64,000 bases of DNA, from IMG/VR virus record IMGVR_UViG_3300032236_001244, positions 3,583-67,582 of that record; one strand, given 5' to 3'. The translations under genes were made by a program, and so were the position numbers. The notes beneath the pieces are model-generated. The model was not told the DNA's origin. It made no database searches and worked only from the letters and a program-made list of their open reading frames with translations. This stretch comes from a virus. Shown piece after piece: positions 29,649-39,783 of this stretch (position 1 is its first letter; every line of letters begins with the position of its first letter).

Positions 29649-29951
29649 CTACTCGTCGTCGCTTTCTTCGGACGGGTCTGGTTCAAAGTTGGGCTTGCGA
29701 GGACGCTTCTTCGGAGCCTTGGTCACTCGGTCGGGGTAGAAGAACCGAGTGGTGCGGTTGCCCTCAATGCCACCGTAGACGCCGACCGCAATGACGGTGC
29801 CTTCCTGAACATGGACTTCGTTGAAGGTGAACGAACCACGCTCGTCCTTGACCTTGACCGGCTCACCAACTTCAATGCCGTTCCATTCAAAAACCCGTGT
29901 CCACTTGGGGGTGTGGTTTGGGGTGGTGATTGTTGATGTCCTGCTAGTCAA
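29649..29951 (-). CDS. Hypothetical protein (moron-like unit)
   Basis: SD AAGGAG, TTG start, own promoter and terminator. Confidence 0.7.
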   Translation of the reverse strand: MTSRTSTITTPNHTPKWTRVFEWNGIEVGEPVKVKDERGSFTFNEVHVQEGTVIAVGVYGGIEGNRTTRFFYPDRVTKAPKKRPRKPNFEPDPSEESDDE

Positions 29952-29983
29952 TTGCTCTCCTTGGTCAGTTTTCTTACATAAAA

Positions 29984-30012
29984 ACTATACCATGTTTTAG
30001 TATCAATGTCAA
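29984..30012 (-). promoter_or_regulatory. Near-consensus sigma70/SigA promoter
   Basis: TTGACA (30012-30007), N17, TG-extended TATAGT (29989-29984). Confidence 0.8.
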
Positions 30013-30245
30013 ATCGTGAATTGTTCACCACATTCGCAAATGCGGTACTCGCCCGTTAGCGTTGATACTTCAATGGCATTTTCGTGGCTACAGCCCTGTT
30101 GCTCTTCTTGCTCTTCAACATCAGCAACCTGCTCTTCGTTCGCACTCATAAGCATTTGCTCCACAGCGGTAAGGGCGTGAAGCGCTGCTTGATTGGCAGA
30201 CTTTGCTGATTGAATGCTCTTGATAACGAGGTCTAGTTGGTTCAC
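30009..30245 (-). CDS. Hypothetical protein with C-terminal Zn ribbon
   Basis: CSH...CECG; coupled to the upstream gene. Confidence 0.6.
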   Translation of the reverse strand: MNQLDLVIKSIQSAKSANQAALHALTAVEQMLMSANEEQVADVEEQEEQQGCSHENAIEVSTLTGEYRICECGEQFTI

Positions 30246-30694
30246 GGTTGTGGCGTACCGTCGCTCATGGCGTTCAGGGTGACCTGAAAGTTCATGGTGA
30301 AGATTGGTCGCTCTACGGCGTCGTACGGCATTGGGTTCGGCACACCAAGCGGTTCAATGCGAATGACATTTGGAAAGGCGGAGTTTGGAAGACGCAAACC
30401 AGCCAAGGTGTTCCGAATTAATACAGCCCACGCATAAGCATTGGGATAGTCCTCACGCAAACCACGAAGATAAACCTGAATGCGAGGGTGTTCCATTGCG
30501 GACACAGCGGTACCCATGGTGAATGTGGGTGGCTGACCTTCGTATTGCTGGACGACCACTACGGCGTCGGGCGCTTCGGCTGGAATGCGACCAAGGAATA
30601 AATTTGCGCCAAGGGTAAGACCTTGCGCCCCGTGGGTTGTTGGTGGGAGCGCCGTTGGTAGGTAGGCGCCAAATGCGTCTAGAAGTGTTGTCAT
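30242..30694 (-). CDS. Tail terminator/minor capsid-type protein
   Basis: LFLG..P..PD, P.IQV..RG, D..RP.F..NF; synteny. Confidence 0.75.
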   Translation of the reverse strand: MTTLLDAFGAYLPTALPPTTHGAQGLTLGANLFLGRIPAEAPDAVVVVQQYEGQPPTFTMGTAVSAMEHPRIQVYLRGLREDYPNAYAWAVLIRNTLAGLRLPNSAFPNVIRIEPLGVPNPMPYDAVERPIFTMNFQVTLNAMSDGTPQP

Positions 30695-31086
30695 TGTCGG
30701 CTCATCAATTCGTTTAGTTTGTTTTGAATGTGATTTTGTAAAACACCAATGCTTCGGGAAAATGGAATTTCCAAATACTTCGCCTGCGTTGGTGATTTGT
30801 GTCGTGCGTTCAAATCTTCATGAACGATTAAAGCGTAGTCTACGGCACCACCGCCATACTCAATTTCTGCTTGCGGTGGCTGATTGGCTCCGAGTTGTGG
30901 GTGGGTGAATTTCCCCGAGGCTCGTAGCATTCCCGTATCCACGGGAACGAGACGCTGGCTTTCCTGAAAAACCTGCGACATGACATCATTAATCGCTTGC
31001 TGAACCGTGATGTTTACCTGCGTTGGAAGTAGTAAGAGTTTCTTGACATCAGTTAAGTCAATGTCCACGGTGACATCTAAAGACAT
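30691..31086 (-). CDS. HK97 gp10-like neck protein
   Basis: VPVDTGMLRAS, YALIVHE, AKYLE. Confidence 0.8.
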   Translation of the reverse strand: MSLDVTVDIDLTDVKKLLLLPTQVNITVQQAINDVMSQVFQESQRLVPVDTGMLRASGKFTHPQLGANQPPQAEIEYGGGAVDYALIVHEDLNARHKSPTQAKYLEIPFSRSIGVLQNHIQNKLNELMSRQ

Positions 31087-31094
31087 GGTGATAC

Positions 31095-31514
31095 CTACTC
31101 AAAGTGAAGCGTCGTGTTGTGCGCTCCAAATTGGTCGTTGTCGGTGGTCACATCAATCAACACGGGGTGGCGCTGGGCTGGCTGAACCTCGGGAACGGTC
31201 ACACGACTTTCGGTGGTGATTTCTGGAAAAACCCCCATGAGGTAGGCACGACCAGAACTAACAACATTCCGCCCTTCGGCGTCCGTCAAAATTTTGGCGC
31301 TGTATTCCAAACGGCAACGGTAGGTAACGGGGGCGCCCCATTCCGCTGCTGAGGTGACATTGTGCCGACCGTATGCGTCAAGAACGGGCTCACCCACGGC
31401 GTGGGGTGGCATTTGTCCGTCGTTGCCCACGGGGGTGTAGGTGTTGATTGGCGCTGGGTTTTCGCAAATAACGGTTTGCCCAAACAGTTCGTAAAGGTCG
31501 GGGTCAATAGGCAT
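31095..31514 (-). CDS. Head closure/head-tail adaptor
   Basis: DAYG...P..CR...G..VVS; start MPIDP overlaps the upstream stop. Confidence 0.7.
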   Translation of the reverse strand: MPIDPDLYELFGQTVICENPAPINTYTPVGNDGQMPPHAVGEPVLDAYGRHNVTSAAEWGAPVTYRCRLEYSAKILTDAEGRNVVSSGRAYLMGVFPEITTESRVTVPEVQPAQRHPVLIDVTTDNDQFGAHNTTLHFE

Positions 31515-32029
31515 TAGACCTCGCTGATTTCTTCGCCAGCGGTGGTCATACCTTCGCCCTGACCCTGATAACCAGGCTCGTAGCCCGTTCCGTAGGTCGT
31601 CGTGGTGCCAAGCACCGAACCAGAAGGCCACTCATTGGAGACAGCCCAATAACGGTCAAACTTGCCAATTGTAAGTTCGGCACCAAGGGCATTGGGGTCG
31701 GCATTGACCATGGGTGGTGATACTCGGCGTGAACGAGCAAGCAAGTCCTTCGCCAAACGCTCGTAGCGTGAAGCCTTGTCGCCAAGCGACTTGCTGATTG
31801 ACAAGCCACCAACCGACTTGCTGGTGCTTTGGGCTTCGCCCGTAAACCGAGCAGCAAGGTTGTAGCAGGTGTTTGAGCCAGCACGGTAGATGTTTTGATT
31901 GACTTCAGAAAGGTTGAAGTAAATTTCTTCGTCTTGGATTAAGGGGTTCGTTTCGTCCGTATCGCCAATCAAAAAGCGAACTGCGTCCTTTGCCGAAGAG
32001 GTTGGGTCTGCTGAATAAGTCCATGTCAT
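31514..32029 (-). CDS. Head-tail connector protein
   Basis: VRFLIGDTD....L.DEEI, SKSVGGLSIS. Confidence 0.8.
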   Translation of the reverse strand: MTWTYSADPTSSAKDAVRFLIGDTDETNPLIQDEEIYFNLSEVNQNIYRAGSNTCYNLAARFTGEAQSTSKSVGGLSISKSLGDKASRYERLAKDLLARSRRVSPPMVNADPNALGAELTIGKFDRYWAVSNEWPSGSVLGTTTTYGTGYEPGYQGQGEGMTTAGEEISEV

Positions 32030-32031
32030 AA

Positions 32032-32382
32032 TTAAGCCTCGGCAATCTTGGCAGCGTCAAACATCATTGAACCGTTAAGAATTCGCTGTTTTCCCGTGGC
32101 GGTTTGCGTTGCGGTGATTTGGAAGTACCAACGACCGGCGCTCAGGTTTGTCAATTCGTTGCTATCCCACGAGACAATAAGGTTGCCCGACCCGTTTGCC
32201 CCGTTGGTTCCACTAATTCCGCTGACCTTAATAATTTTTGCGACATTGGGTGGTTGCGAAATGGTCATGCGAAACGACCAGCCGGTGCTGAAGTCAATTG
32301 GGTTGTCGCCAGCGTCAAGCCAGCGAAACACGGCGTCGGGAAGCGACGAAGCAGGAGTGGGGTAGGTGATTGAAGTGGTCAT
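32032..32382 (-). CDS. Virion-associated beta-sandwich protein (BppU-N-like)
   Basis: PIDFS.GW, LSAGRW.F, RILNG pattern. Confidence 0.6.
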   Translation of the reverse strand: MTTSITYPTPASSLPDAVFRWLDAGDNPIDFSTGWSFRMTISQPPNVAKIIKVSGISGTNGANGSGNLIVSWDSNELTNLSAGRWYFQITATQTATGKQRILNGSMMFDAAKIAEA

Positions 32383-32385
32383 TGA

Positions 32386-33321
32386 TTAGTTTCCTTCCTT
32401 GTAAGAGGATACTGCGTCCTCTATAAAAACGGTTGTGGTGTTTGGCTCAACCAGCGTCTCTGTTGTACCCGTCTCGTTAAAACCCGAAAATGTAGGCTCG
32501 GCGTTGAGCGTGTTTTGTTTTGCTTCAATAAACAGGGTTGGATAGTTGGTGATTATTTTGTAGATGTACTGCCATACGGACAAGTACTGCTTCAAAAGAC
32601 TTTCGCCGTCTCTGCTGAGACTAATGCTTCGCAAAGCGGAAACACTTTGAGTGAGGGCGGAGTATGCGGAACTAATAAAGGAAACTGATTTTGGCGCTGT
32701 TGCGCTTTGGGTCAAATTGGAAGCGTTGCTTCGTGTACGACTTGACGATTTGGAGCCGTTGGCGAATTGAGATTGCTTAAGCGAAGCAAAACGATTTGCT
32801 GAAAGGGTTTTTGCGCTACTGACCGCCTGAACCGCTTTGGCGTATGCCGAAGTGATGTAAGAAACGCTTTTGGCATTTTGGGTGACTTGCGTTTCGCTTA
32901 CCGAGCCAGAACGAGTTTGCGTTGCGGTTTTTGAGTTATTTGTGCTTTGCGTTTCCGTTGCTGAACTGTAACGAATTTCCGCAACACTTTTGGCATTGCG
33001 GACAAATTGCGAAGCGTTCACAGCATTTGAGCGAACCCGAGAATTTTGGTTTGAGTTCTGTACAAATTGAACTTCGGTAGAAGCGTTTGAATGAACCGTA
33101 GCGGTTACTTTGGCTCCACTGGTGAATTGGAATGTAGCAACGGCTCCAACATTTTCTTCTTGGCGAGATTTGGCGTTGGTGATGTTTTCAAAAAGAATGG
33201 CTGTGCCACTGACAACATAGACAGTTGATGTTTGCCCAAGGTATAAACCGGCAAAGGAAGTCGTACCACCGCCGTTATAAAGCGTGGCAAATACTGTATA
33301 AGTAGGATTGCTGGTGGGCAT
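32386..33321 (-). CDS. S/Q/N-rich repetitive virion protein
   Basis: Degenerate ~20-aa repeats (Q...AKS). Confidence 0.6.
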   Translation of the reverse strand: MPTSNPTYTVFATLYNGGGTTSFAGLYLGQTSTVYVVSGTAILFENITNAKSRQEENVGAVATFQFTSGAKVTATVHSNASTEVQFVQNSNQNSRVRSNAVNASQFVRNAKSVAEIRYSSATETQSTNNSKTATQTRSGSVSETQVTQNAKSVSYITSAYAKAVQAVSSAKTLSANRFASLKQSQFANGSKSSSRTRSNASNLTQSATAPKSVSFISSAYSALTQSVSALRSISLSRDGESLLKQYLSVWQYIYKIITNYPTLFIEAKQNTLNAEPTFSGFNETGTTETLVEPNTTTVFIEDAVSSYKEGN

Positions 33322-33336
33322 AGCCCCTTACCAGCC

Positions 33337-33984
33337 TTAGTTGCTCATCACCCAAGTGGGAGTGACCTTCAGGGTGTCGTTGGGCGAAAGGGTGGGCGAA
33401 GAACCGTCGGAGAACGACGAAGCGTACAGTGCTGTTCCACCCGTTGAAGCGGTCGCAATGAAGAAACCGTACGAAGCCGACCAAGTTCCCGTGGCAATAC
33501 CGAAGGTGACCTGCGTTCCAACGGTCTTTTCTCCGTTAGCAGCGTCTCCAGCGGTAACCGTCGCACCGTTGCTTTGGTTAGAAGCAAGTGCTGATGAAAG
33601 AAGCACCTGATTTCCACCAGGCAGACCAATAACAACTTTCGCAGCCTCAGTTCCAACAACAATGGTCATGCCGACGACAAGACCCGTGGTTGAAGTGAGC
33701 GTCACAAGTTGCGAACCCGAAGAAGCAGCGCCGTTCAGCGTCGTGGTCAAAATAGGTGCGGTGAGGTACGAGTACGCACGGGTGGGTGCGCCAAACGAAG
33801 CAATCTGCCGTGAATAACCGGCGCCCGTCTGTTCGGTGATACCCGAACCAATGGTTGCCGTCGCCGTTGGGAAAGAACTGTCGGTAAAAAGACCGACATA
33901 CAGGTTTGAGTAAGTCGTTGGCGTAGCGGTGATTACCTGATTGAGCATGATAACCAGACCGCTGTTAAGAAAAACCTGTGACAC
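33337..33984 (-). CDS. Virion structural/fiber-associated protein
   Basis: LYVGLFT...E..G.GYSRQ...ATGTW...STGG..L motif with an inserted beta module. Confidence 0.7.
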   Translation of the reverse strand: MSQVFLNSGLVIMLNQVITATPTTYSNLYVGLFTDSSFPTATATIGSGITEQTGAGYSRQIASFGAPTRAYSYLTAPILTTTLNGAASSGSQLVTLTSTTGLVVGMTIVVGTEAAKVVIGLPGGNQVLLSSALASNQSNGATVTAGDAANGEKTVGTQVTFGIATGTWSASYGFFIATASTGGTALYASSFSDGSSPTLSPNDTLKVTPTWVMSN

Positions 33985-34037
33985 GCTTCGCTCCTAGGGA
34001 CTATTGACTAGCCCAAATCTATCACAGGGTTTTAAAA

Positions 34038-34274
34038 CTACTGCTGGGGAGCAGGCGCAGGTAGTGCGTCCAATTCATTCTGGTGAACCTCAATTGCCTT
34101 GGCAAGAGTGTCAAGGTTTGCCTGATTGGTCGCAATTGTTCCTTCGTCGCCATTGTTCTCGGTGAGAACCTTCTGGTTCAAAGAAATTTGGTACGCCTCT
34201 GAAGCAAACTGCTGAATACGACCAACAAGGATTTCTCGCTTCTGGTCGTCGGTGAGTAGGGTGCTGTAGTCCAT
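34038..34274 (-). CDS. Hypothetical protein
   Basis: Leaderless TGG-TATAGT-N6-ATG. Confidence 0.65.
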   Translation of the reverse strand: MDYSTLLTDDQKREILVGRIQQFASEAYQISLNQKVLTENNGDEGTIATNQANLDTLAKAIEVHQNELDALPAPAPQQ

Positions 34275-34296
34275 GGGGAAACTATACCAGAGTTTG

Positions 34297-37185
34297 TTAC
34301 AGAATGCCCAGCCACGGCAATGTTGTTGAGGAAGTGGTCACAACGCTTGATGTGTTGAGGTTCGTCCAAGGTGCGCCAGAGTTGTCTGCTGAAGTGTTGG
34401 CTCGTCCATACAGGGTTCCCGTCGCACCAGCCTGAGAGTTGATGTTAATAATCGCTGCTGTGGTTTGGTTTGCCTTCACAATGGTCGGTAGCGTGGTTGA
34501 AGCACGAGCCGAGTACGCCAGCCAATAAACACCAGGCGAGGGAATTGTGTAAGAAGTTCCTGCTACAAGGTTTGAACCGTTCCAAACATTGACAATCGCA
34601 ATGTTATTTTGACCCACCGAGCCACCCGTGGTTGAGGTGGAGTTACCCCACGCCAACAATTGTCGCCCGTCGGTTGAGTAAAGACCCATGAAGGTTCCGC
34701 TTACTCCCGAACCCAAGGTGTTGAGGTAGAAAGTGAAGAAACTAAACGAAACCGGATAACCAATGTAAATGGCTGTGTAGTAAACAGTTCCGTTCGCAAC
34801 CAACTGCGTCACCGTCGGGGTGATAGCAGGGTCAAATGTCCACCCCAAAAGCGGAAGGGCAAAACCGTTAAGGTGTTGTTTTGTCGGGACGGGTTGGTAA
34901 AAGTCACCGACACGGGAAGGTGCGTACTGAACAATTGGTGAACCAATGGCACCACTATCCTTAAATTGGAAAACCGAGGCGTTGAAAGCGTTGTTGATGA
35001 GTTCAAGCCCACCACCGCTACTGTTTGTTGCTGAACGAAGCGAAATTGAGCCGGAACTAGACCTATCGGTAAAGGTGAGGGCGTCGGTTGAACTGCCAAC
35101 CGAGGAAGTGCTGATAGACAAACCATAAACTCCGGAAATTTTGTTGGAGTTAAGGTTCAGGTTTCCAGCCGAAGTAACGCTAAGCAACGGTGTCGCAGCG
35201 GAGTTCTGAATTTGAAGCAAATCGGCGCTTTGCGAAGCCTGACCCTTGATAATCAGTCCAATGTTGGTGGTTGCTGAAGGGCTAAAGGTCGGGGTTTGCG
35301 AAAGAACAACCGAGCCGGTTCCCGTTGAGGTCGTGGTTCCCGTTCCGCCATAGCCAACGCCAAGAGTTCCTGACAGAGATACGGCACCCGAAGTTGCTGA
35401 ACTTGGGAGTAAGCCCGTAGAACCGCCAGAGAAGGTAGTCACGCCCGTCGTAGAGGTTAGGTAGGTGTTTGTGTCTACCGACAGGTTTCCGGAAGCGTCG
35501 CTCTTGACAAAGCCAGCAGAGGAAAGACCAACCTTTGTCAATGCTGAAGAGGTTGAGGCACTAGTCAAAAGGGTGGCTGACGAGGGAATGCTTGTGCCAT
35601 TTACGGTTGTAAGGCTCGGGAGAGAGGTCGTAGCCGTGGTGACCAAGGTTGCCGAAGCAGGAATGCTCGTTCCGTTTACCGTCGTGAGACTTGGAAGGGA
35701 AGTGGTGGCGGTGGTCACCAAAGTAGAACTCGCAGGAATGGTGGTTCCATTGACGCTCGTGACGCTCGGAAGTGAGGTCACATTGGAAGCCATTGCGCCG
35801 AGGTTGGTAAGCGCACCAGAGGCGGTGGTTGAGCCTGTGCCACCTGCCAAAATCGGCAAAGTTCCAGCCGTAAGTGCCGAAGACGAGGTGGAGTAAAGAG
35901 CATTGTTGGCAGAGGTAAAACCCGACAATCCCGTTCCACCATTGGCGGTTGCCAAAATACCAACAAGGTGGTCGGTTCCGTTGGCGGTAGTCATGTACCA
36001 TTGCCCACCGCCATAGTTGATAAATGAGTAAGCCTCATTTGGATTGACGGTGTAGTTGGTGACACCCGTTCCGCTACCAAGTGGAACCATTGAGTTGGTT
36101 CCAAAACCAAGCGTCACATTGTTGGTTGAGCGATTGATGAACGACCACATAGCACCGTCTTGCGGATTGGGGGGTGCGGTGATTGTTTGACCCGTGCTAC
36201 TTCCCGTAAAAATGGTGACTTCGTTCACCTTTGCCGTAGCGTTGGCAGAGCGAAGGGCAAGGTGGTTGGAAATAGTAGACCACCAAGTTCCTGGCGTTCC
36301 AGCAGTCGTACAAACCCAAATAGTTGCCGTTTGGTCAATAACAAAGTCACCAACGGCGAAAGTTCCCGTTGTAGGTGCGCCATTGACGGTTCCGCCGACA
36401 TAACGAGTTCCAGCCGTAGCACCGGTCAAACCTGTTGCCTTGAAATCGGTGGCAGAGATTTCACCAGCGTAGGTAGGGGTCACATAGGTATTTGTATCTA
36501 CCGTCAAGTTTCCCGAAGCGTCAGATTTAACAAAACCAGCCGAAGAAAGACCAATTTTGGTTAGTGCTGAAGTCGTTGAGGTCGTCGTTAAAAGCGTTGC
36601 CGAAGAGGGAATGCTTGTGCTGTTTACGCTAGTAACGCTGGGTAGCGAGGTGGTAGAAGTCGTAACCAAGGTTGCCGACGAGGGGATTGTCGTACCGTTA
36701 ATTGATGTTGCGGTAGCAACTCCGAGCGACGGCGTGGTGAAACTTGGGCTAACCAGAGGGGCGTAAGTTGTGGCAATCGTTGAGATTGCCGAGAAAATAG
36801 ACGCAAACTCCGCTCCACCAATCATTGGGAAGCAGTTGTAGGTTCCTGCTGAACCTGCTGAGTGGGCAAACTTTGGAGTTGAGTAGCCTCGCCCGTTGCG
36901 AGTTCCGTCCGTCCAAATGGTAACGACACCCGTTGAGGTGTTTACCGCCGAGCAAAGTATGTGTTCTTCGGTGGCGGTTCCAAAATCAACAACAACCGTA
37001 AAAGTTCCCGAGGTTCCAAGCGGATTAGCGGTCGCTTGACCGTCGGTTCCCGTTTCAAGCCAAGTAGAGGCATTGGCAACGGTGAAGGTTGTCTCTACAT
37101 AAGTGCTAGAAAGCGTTGTGGTTGGGTACGAGGGCTTTGCCGAACCACCAACAGAGCGCATTGCGGTGGAAGAAGGGTATGCCAT
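34297..37185 (-). CDS. Tail fiber/adhesin-like protein with internal repeats
   Basis: GGTG fiber repeats; 24-aa TSLPS.T.VNGT.IP repeats. Confidence 0.8.
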   Translation of the reverse strand: MAYPSSTAMRSVGGSAKPSYPTTTLSSTYVETTFTVANASTWLETGTDGQATANPLGTSGTFTVVVDFGTATEEHILCSAVNTSTGVVTIWTDGTRNGRGYSTPKFAHSAGSAGTYNCFPMIGGAEFASIFSAISTIATTYAPLVSPSFTTPSLGVATATSINGTTIPSSATLVTTSTTSLPSVTSVNSTSIPSSATLLTTTSTTSALTKIGLSSAGFVKSDASGNLTVDTNTYVTPTYAGEISATDFKATGLTGATAGTRYVGGTVNGAPTTGTFAVGDFVIDQTATIWVCTTAGTPGTWWSTISNHLALRSANATAKVNEVTIFTGSSTGQTITAPPNPQDGAMWSFINRSTNNVTLGFGTNSMVPLGSGTGVTNYTVNPNEAYSFINYGGGQWYMTTANGTDHLVGILATANGGTGLSGFTSANNALYSTSSSALTAGTLPILAGGTGSTTASGALTNLGAMASNVTSLPSVTSVNGTTIPASSTLVTTATTSLPSLTTVNGTSIPASATLVTTATTSLPSLTTVNGTSIPSSATLLTSASTSSALTKVGLSSAGFVKSDASGNLSVDTNTYLTSTTGVTTFSGGSTGLLPSSATSGAVSLSGTLGVGYGGTGTTTSTGTGSVVLSQTPTFSPSATTNIGLIIKGQASQSADLLQIQNSAATPLLSVTSAGNLNLNSNKISGVYGLSISTSSVGSSTDALTFTDRSSSGSISLRSATNSSGGGLELINNAFNASVFQFKDSGAIGSPIVQYAPSRVGDFYQPVPTKQHLNGFALPLLGWTFDPAITPTVTQLVANGTVYYTAIYIGYPVSFSFFTFYLNTLGSGVSGTFMGLYSTDGRQLLAWGNSTSTTGGSVGQNNIAIVNVWNGSNLVAGTSYTIPSPGVYWLAYSARASTTLPTIVKANQTTAAIININSQAGATGTLYGRANTSADNSGAPWTNLNTSSVVTTSSTTLPWLGIL

Positions 37186-37211
37186 AGCCGTATTCTATAC
37201 GGTGTTTTTTG

Positions 37212-37721
37212 TTACTTCGTTTCGTCGTACAGGATTTTGCTGATAACAATGTGGTTGGCGAGGTCAATAAAACTGTCGCTCACACCCTCGTGTCTTAAAA
37301 TTTTCCCGTTGAATGCGTTGGTTAAACGCTGAACCTTCTCCAAAGCACGGATAAAGCACGACTTCCACGCAGGAATACCGATTGCTTCCGCTGAACGGTA
37401 GTTGGCGTAGATGTCCGAGCCTGTGCCGTAGTCGCTGGACTTGCTGATGTGGATACGGAGCATTTCCGCAAGGACGGCACGGAAACGAGGGTCGCCACCG
37501 TCGGGGAACTCCGGCTGGACATACGGCGTTCCGTCGGGGTTCACACGACGACGACCCGAACCGGCTCGCACGACCTTAATTTCCGGTGACGGATTGGACA
37601 AATTAATTTGTCGCTCTTCTTCAACGAGATACTTATTGATTTCGTTGTAATTCATTCCTGTTGGGGAATAAACCTGACCAATAAAGTCGTTGTAGTGCCA
37701 AGAGTTGTTGTTTTTAGTCAT
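37212..37721 (-). CDS. DUF1599-like (nucleotide-modification-associated) protein
   Basis: KSSDYG...NY...EKVQRL...DSFIDLANH. Confidence 0.7.
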   Translation of the reverse strand: MTKNNNSWHYNDFIGQVYSPTGMNYNEINKYLVEEERQINLSNPSPEIKVVRAGSGRRRVNPDGTPYVQPEFPDGGDPRFRAVLAEMLRIHISKSSDYGTGSDIYANYRSAEAIGIPAWKSCFIRALEKVQRLTNAFNGKILRHEGVSDSFIDLANHIVISKILYDETK

Positions 37722-38190
37722 GTTCTTTCTTTTCGTATTCCAATAATTTGTGAATTTCGGTCGCTATGTTTCTGACCATGCTGATTTCCCTGCGAACTTC
37801 TCTTATTAACTCACCGCTGGTTTGCGAAATGGTCAAGTGCGAGAGCGCCTGTTCAGCAGCGATTGCGTCCGCTCGTTTTGCTGCGATTAGAAGAATTGCT
37901 CCTTGAAGCCCAGCCAGCATAGACAGGAAAAGGTTAAGGAGAATGAAAGGGTAGGGGTCAAACCCACGGTTGTTGAGCCACACAACATTGGTGATTGCCC
38001 AAAGCACCATAAAGCCAACGAATGAGGCTACAAAACCCCACGAGCCCATGACCTTGCGGACATTATCCGCTGCTCTTTCTCCACGGGTTAATTCAGCGCC
38101 CGTACGAACGCCTGGTAGTGGCGTCCACGGATTGGAAGGGTCAAACCAATCCTCGTTTTCAATTCCGTCAGTCCAATCGTTGCTAACCAC
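37714..38190 (-). CDS. DUF1003 membrane protein
   Basis: GERAAD...GSW...FDPYPFILLNL signature. Confidence 0.85.
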   Translation of the reverse strand: MVSNDWTDGIENEDWFDPSNPWTPLPGVRTGAELTRGERAADNVRKVMGSWGFVASFVGFMVLWAITNVVWLNNRGFDPYPFILLNLFLSMLAGLQGAILLIAAKRADAIAAEQALSHLTISQTSGELIREVRREISMVRNIATEIHKLLEYEKKEHD

Positions 38191-38554
38191 CGATTACCTC
38201 GGCACGGGTAACAATTTTGACCGTTGAAAGAATTTCAATTACCTGAGCCTCTGGGCGGTGGTGATGATAAGCGTGAATTGGAAGACCAATTGAACGGGCT
38301 ACGGCTACCTCAATCTTCGCACCTTCGCTACGACCCCACGCTGGAAGAACCATAACTGCTTCACAGTTCAACAATTGCCCCAAGTGGTTACGCATTGCTG
38401 AATTGAACGATTGGTCGCTGGCTGGCTCGCTCGCACCTTCGGCTGGGTTGTAAACCTCGTGACCCAATTTACGGAGCCGTTCGGTTGCTTCGTTAAAGGC
38501 TGAGAAGTTGCTGTTTGGCAAGCCACGCATAGGGCCGCTTAGGTAATACTTCAT
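38183..38554 (-). CDS. DUF4406 / nucleoside 2-deoxyribosyltransferase-like protein
   Basis: YLSGPMRG..N..F, VYNPA, W.RSEGA..E. Confidence 0.85.
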   Translation of the reverse strand: MKYYLSGPMRGLPNSNFSAFNEATERLRKLGHEVYNPAEGASEPASDQSFNSAMRNHLGQLLNCEAVMVLPAWGRSEGAKIEVAVARSIGLPIHAYHHHRPEAQVIEILSTVKIVTRAEVIGG

Positions 38555-39783
38555 GAGAAAATCGCCAAATCTCCCCACGGGCGTTCCCCGTAGGCGCTTC
38601 CAATTCCAACTACCAACATTCCGGCAGCGGCGTGTTTTCCTGCTCGTTGCTGAAACCACTCGGAGCCACCGTCCATTGCTGGGCATTGGAACACATAGCG
38701 TTCTTGCTCCGACGCAACAAAGTGGTGATAGTGACCCGTAAACAAAATCTTGGCGTCACCCAAAGGGTTGTTTCCCGTCCATTGGTTCTTCCACCAAGTG
38801 TGAATACGCTGGGTGCTTTCCGAACCGTTACGACCAAATTGGTGACCGTGCGCCCAGCCGACATCAACGCCAGAGATGTTGAGCGTTAGCGTCATGTCTT
38901 GGCGCTCGTCCTCGCTGAGGTGGTGAAAAATAACCGCCCCGTTGCCATAGCGGTCGGGGTTTTGGGCGCAAGCAAAAGCAACATAACGGAACACCTGAAC
39001 ATCTGCGTTATCGTCAAAATTTGTCACCGACTTGCCGTCCATGCGGACTTCTCCGTGATTACCAGGTACGGCTGCGACATGAACGGGAATGTCCAATTTG
39101 TCCACGCACAAGTTCACGAAGCGCATGATGAGGCGCACCGCAATCTCCATTTGCTCGTGGAAGTTTCGGTCGGTGGTGAATAATTGTTGGGCGTAGTAGC
39201 CAGCAAAGTTTTCAATAATGTCGCCAACGCCTACGAGGTAGATAGCCTCGGGGCGTCGTCCGCACTTAACGAGAAACTTGACATACTCAATAAATTGGTC
39301 TTGCGCTCGTTCAATACGAGCCACGGTAGCGTCGGTACCGCCCCCTTCCCCCTTCCCGATTTGCCAATCAGCAAGGTTTGCGATAAGGGAAAAGCCCGTC
39401 TTTTCTTTTGAAACGGGTAGGCGTGAGGGCTTTAACTTTGCGTATCGCTTAGCAACCTCTTCGGGGTCAAGGACATCATTCCATAAGGTGAATACATTGG
39501 CTTTCCACGACTTTGAAGTAGTGGATACCCCGTCCTTCGTTACGGTCTTGACTTCCAAAGTAACGGAAGTGGGGTCAATGTGGTGAAGGGCTGGGTTGCC
39601 GTTCAATTCCTTTAGAAGTTCGTTCCACTCCGCACGGGTGGGTGGGGTGTCTCGCTCACCGCTGGTGATTGAGCCTCGGGCGGAGCCGGAGCCCTTGCGA
39701 GCCTTTCCAATTACGAGCGTTGGCTCCAAACCAGAAGGTTTCTTGGGGGCGTTGGCTCTATCAGCACTTTCACGCAAACTCAT
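38551..39783 (-). CDS. Calcineurin-like metallophosphoesterase
   Basis: DWQIG, GD, GNHG, HGH and GHYHH motifs. Confidence 0.88.
   Translation of the reverse strand: MSLRESADRANAPKKPSGLEPTLVIGKARKGSGSARGSITSGERDTPPTRAEWNELLKELNGNPALHHIDPTSVTLEVKTVTKDGVSTTSKSWKANVFTLWNDVLDPEEVAKRYAKLKPSRLPVSKEKTGFSLIANLADWQIGKGEGGGTDATVARIERAQDQFIEYVKFLVKCGRRPEAIYLVGVGDIIENFAGYYAQQLFTTDRNFHEQMEIAVRLIMRFVNLCVDKLDIPVHVAAVPGNHGEVRMDGKSVTNFDDNADVQVFRYVAFACAQNPDRYGNGAVIFHHLSEDERQDMTLTLNISGVDVGWAHGHQFGRNGSESTQRIHTWWKNQWTGNNPLGDAKILFTGHYHHFVASEQERYVFQCPAMDGGSEWFQQRAGKHAAAGMLVVGIGSAYGERPWGDLAIFS

Noticed and set aside
34297-37185. Diversity-generating retroelement target
   Set aside because: No reverse transcriptase or adenine-specific TR/VR pair seen in the window.
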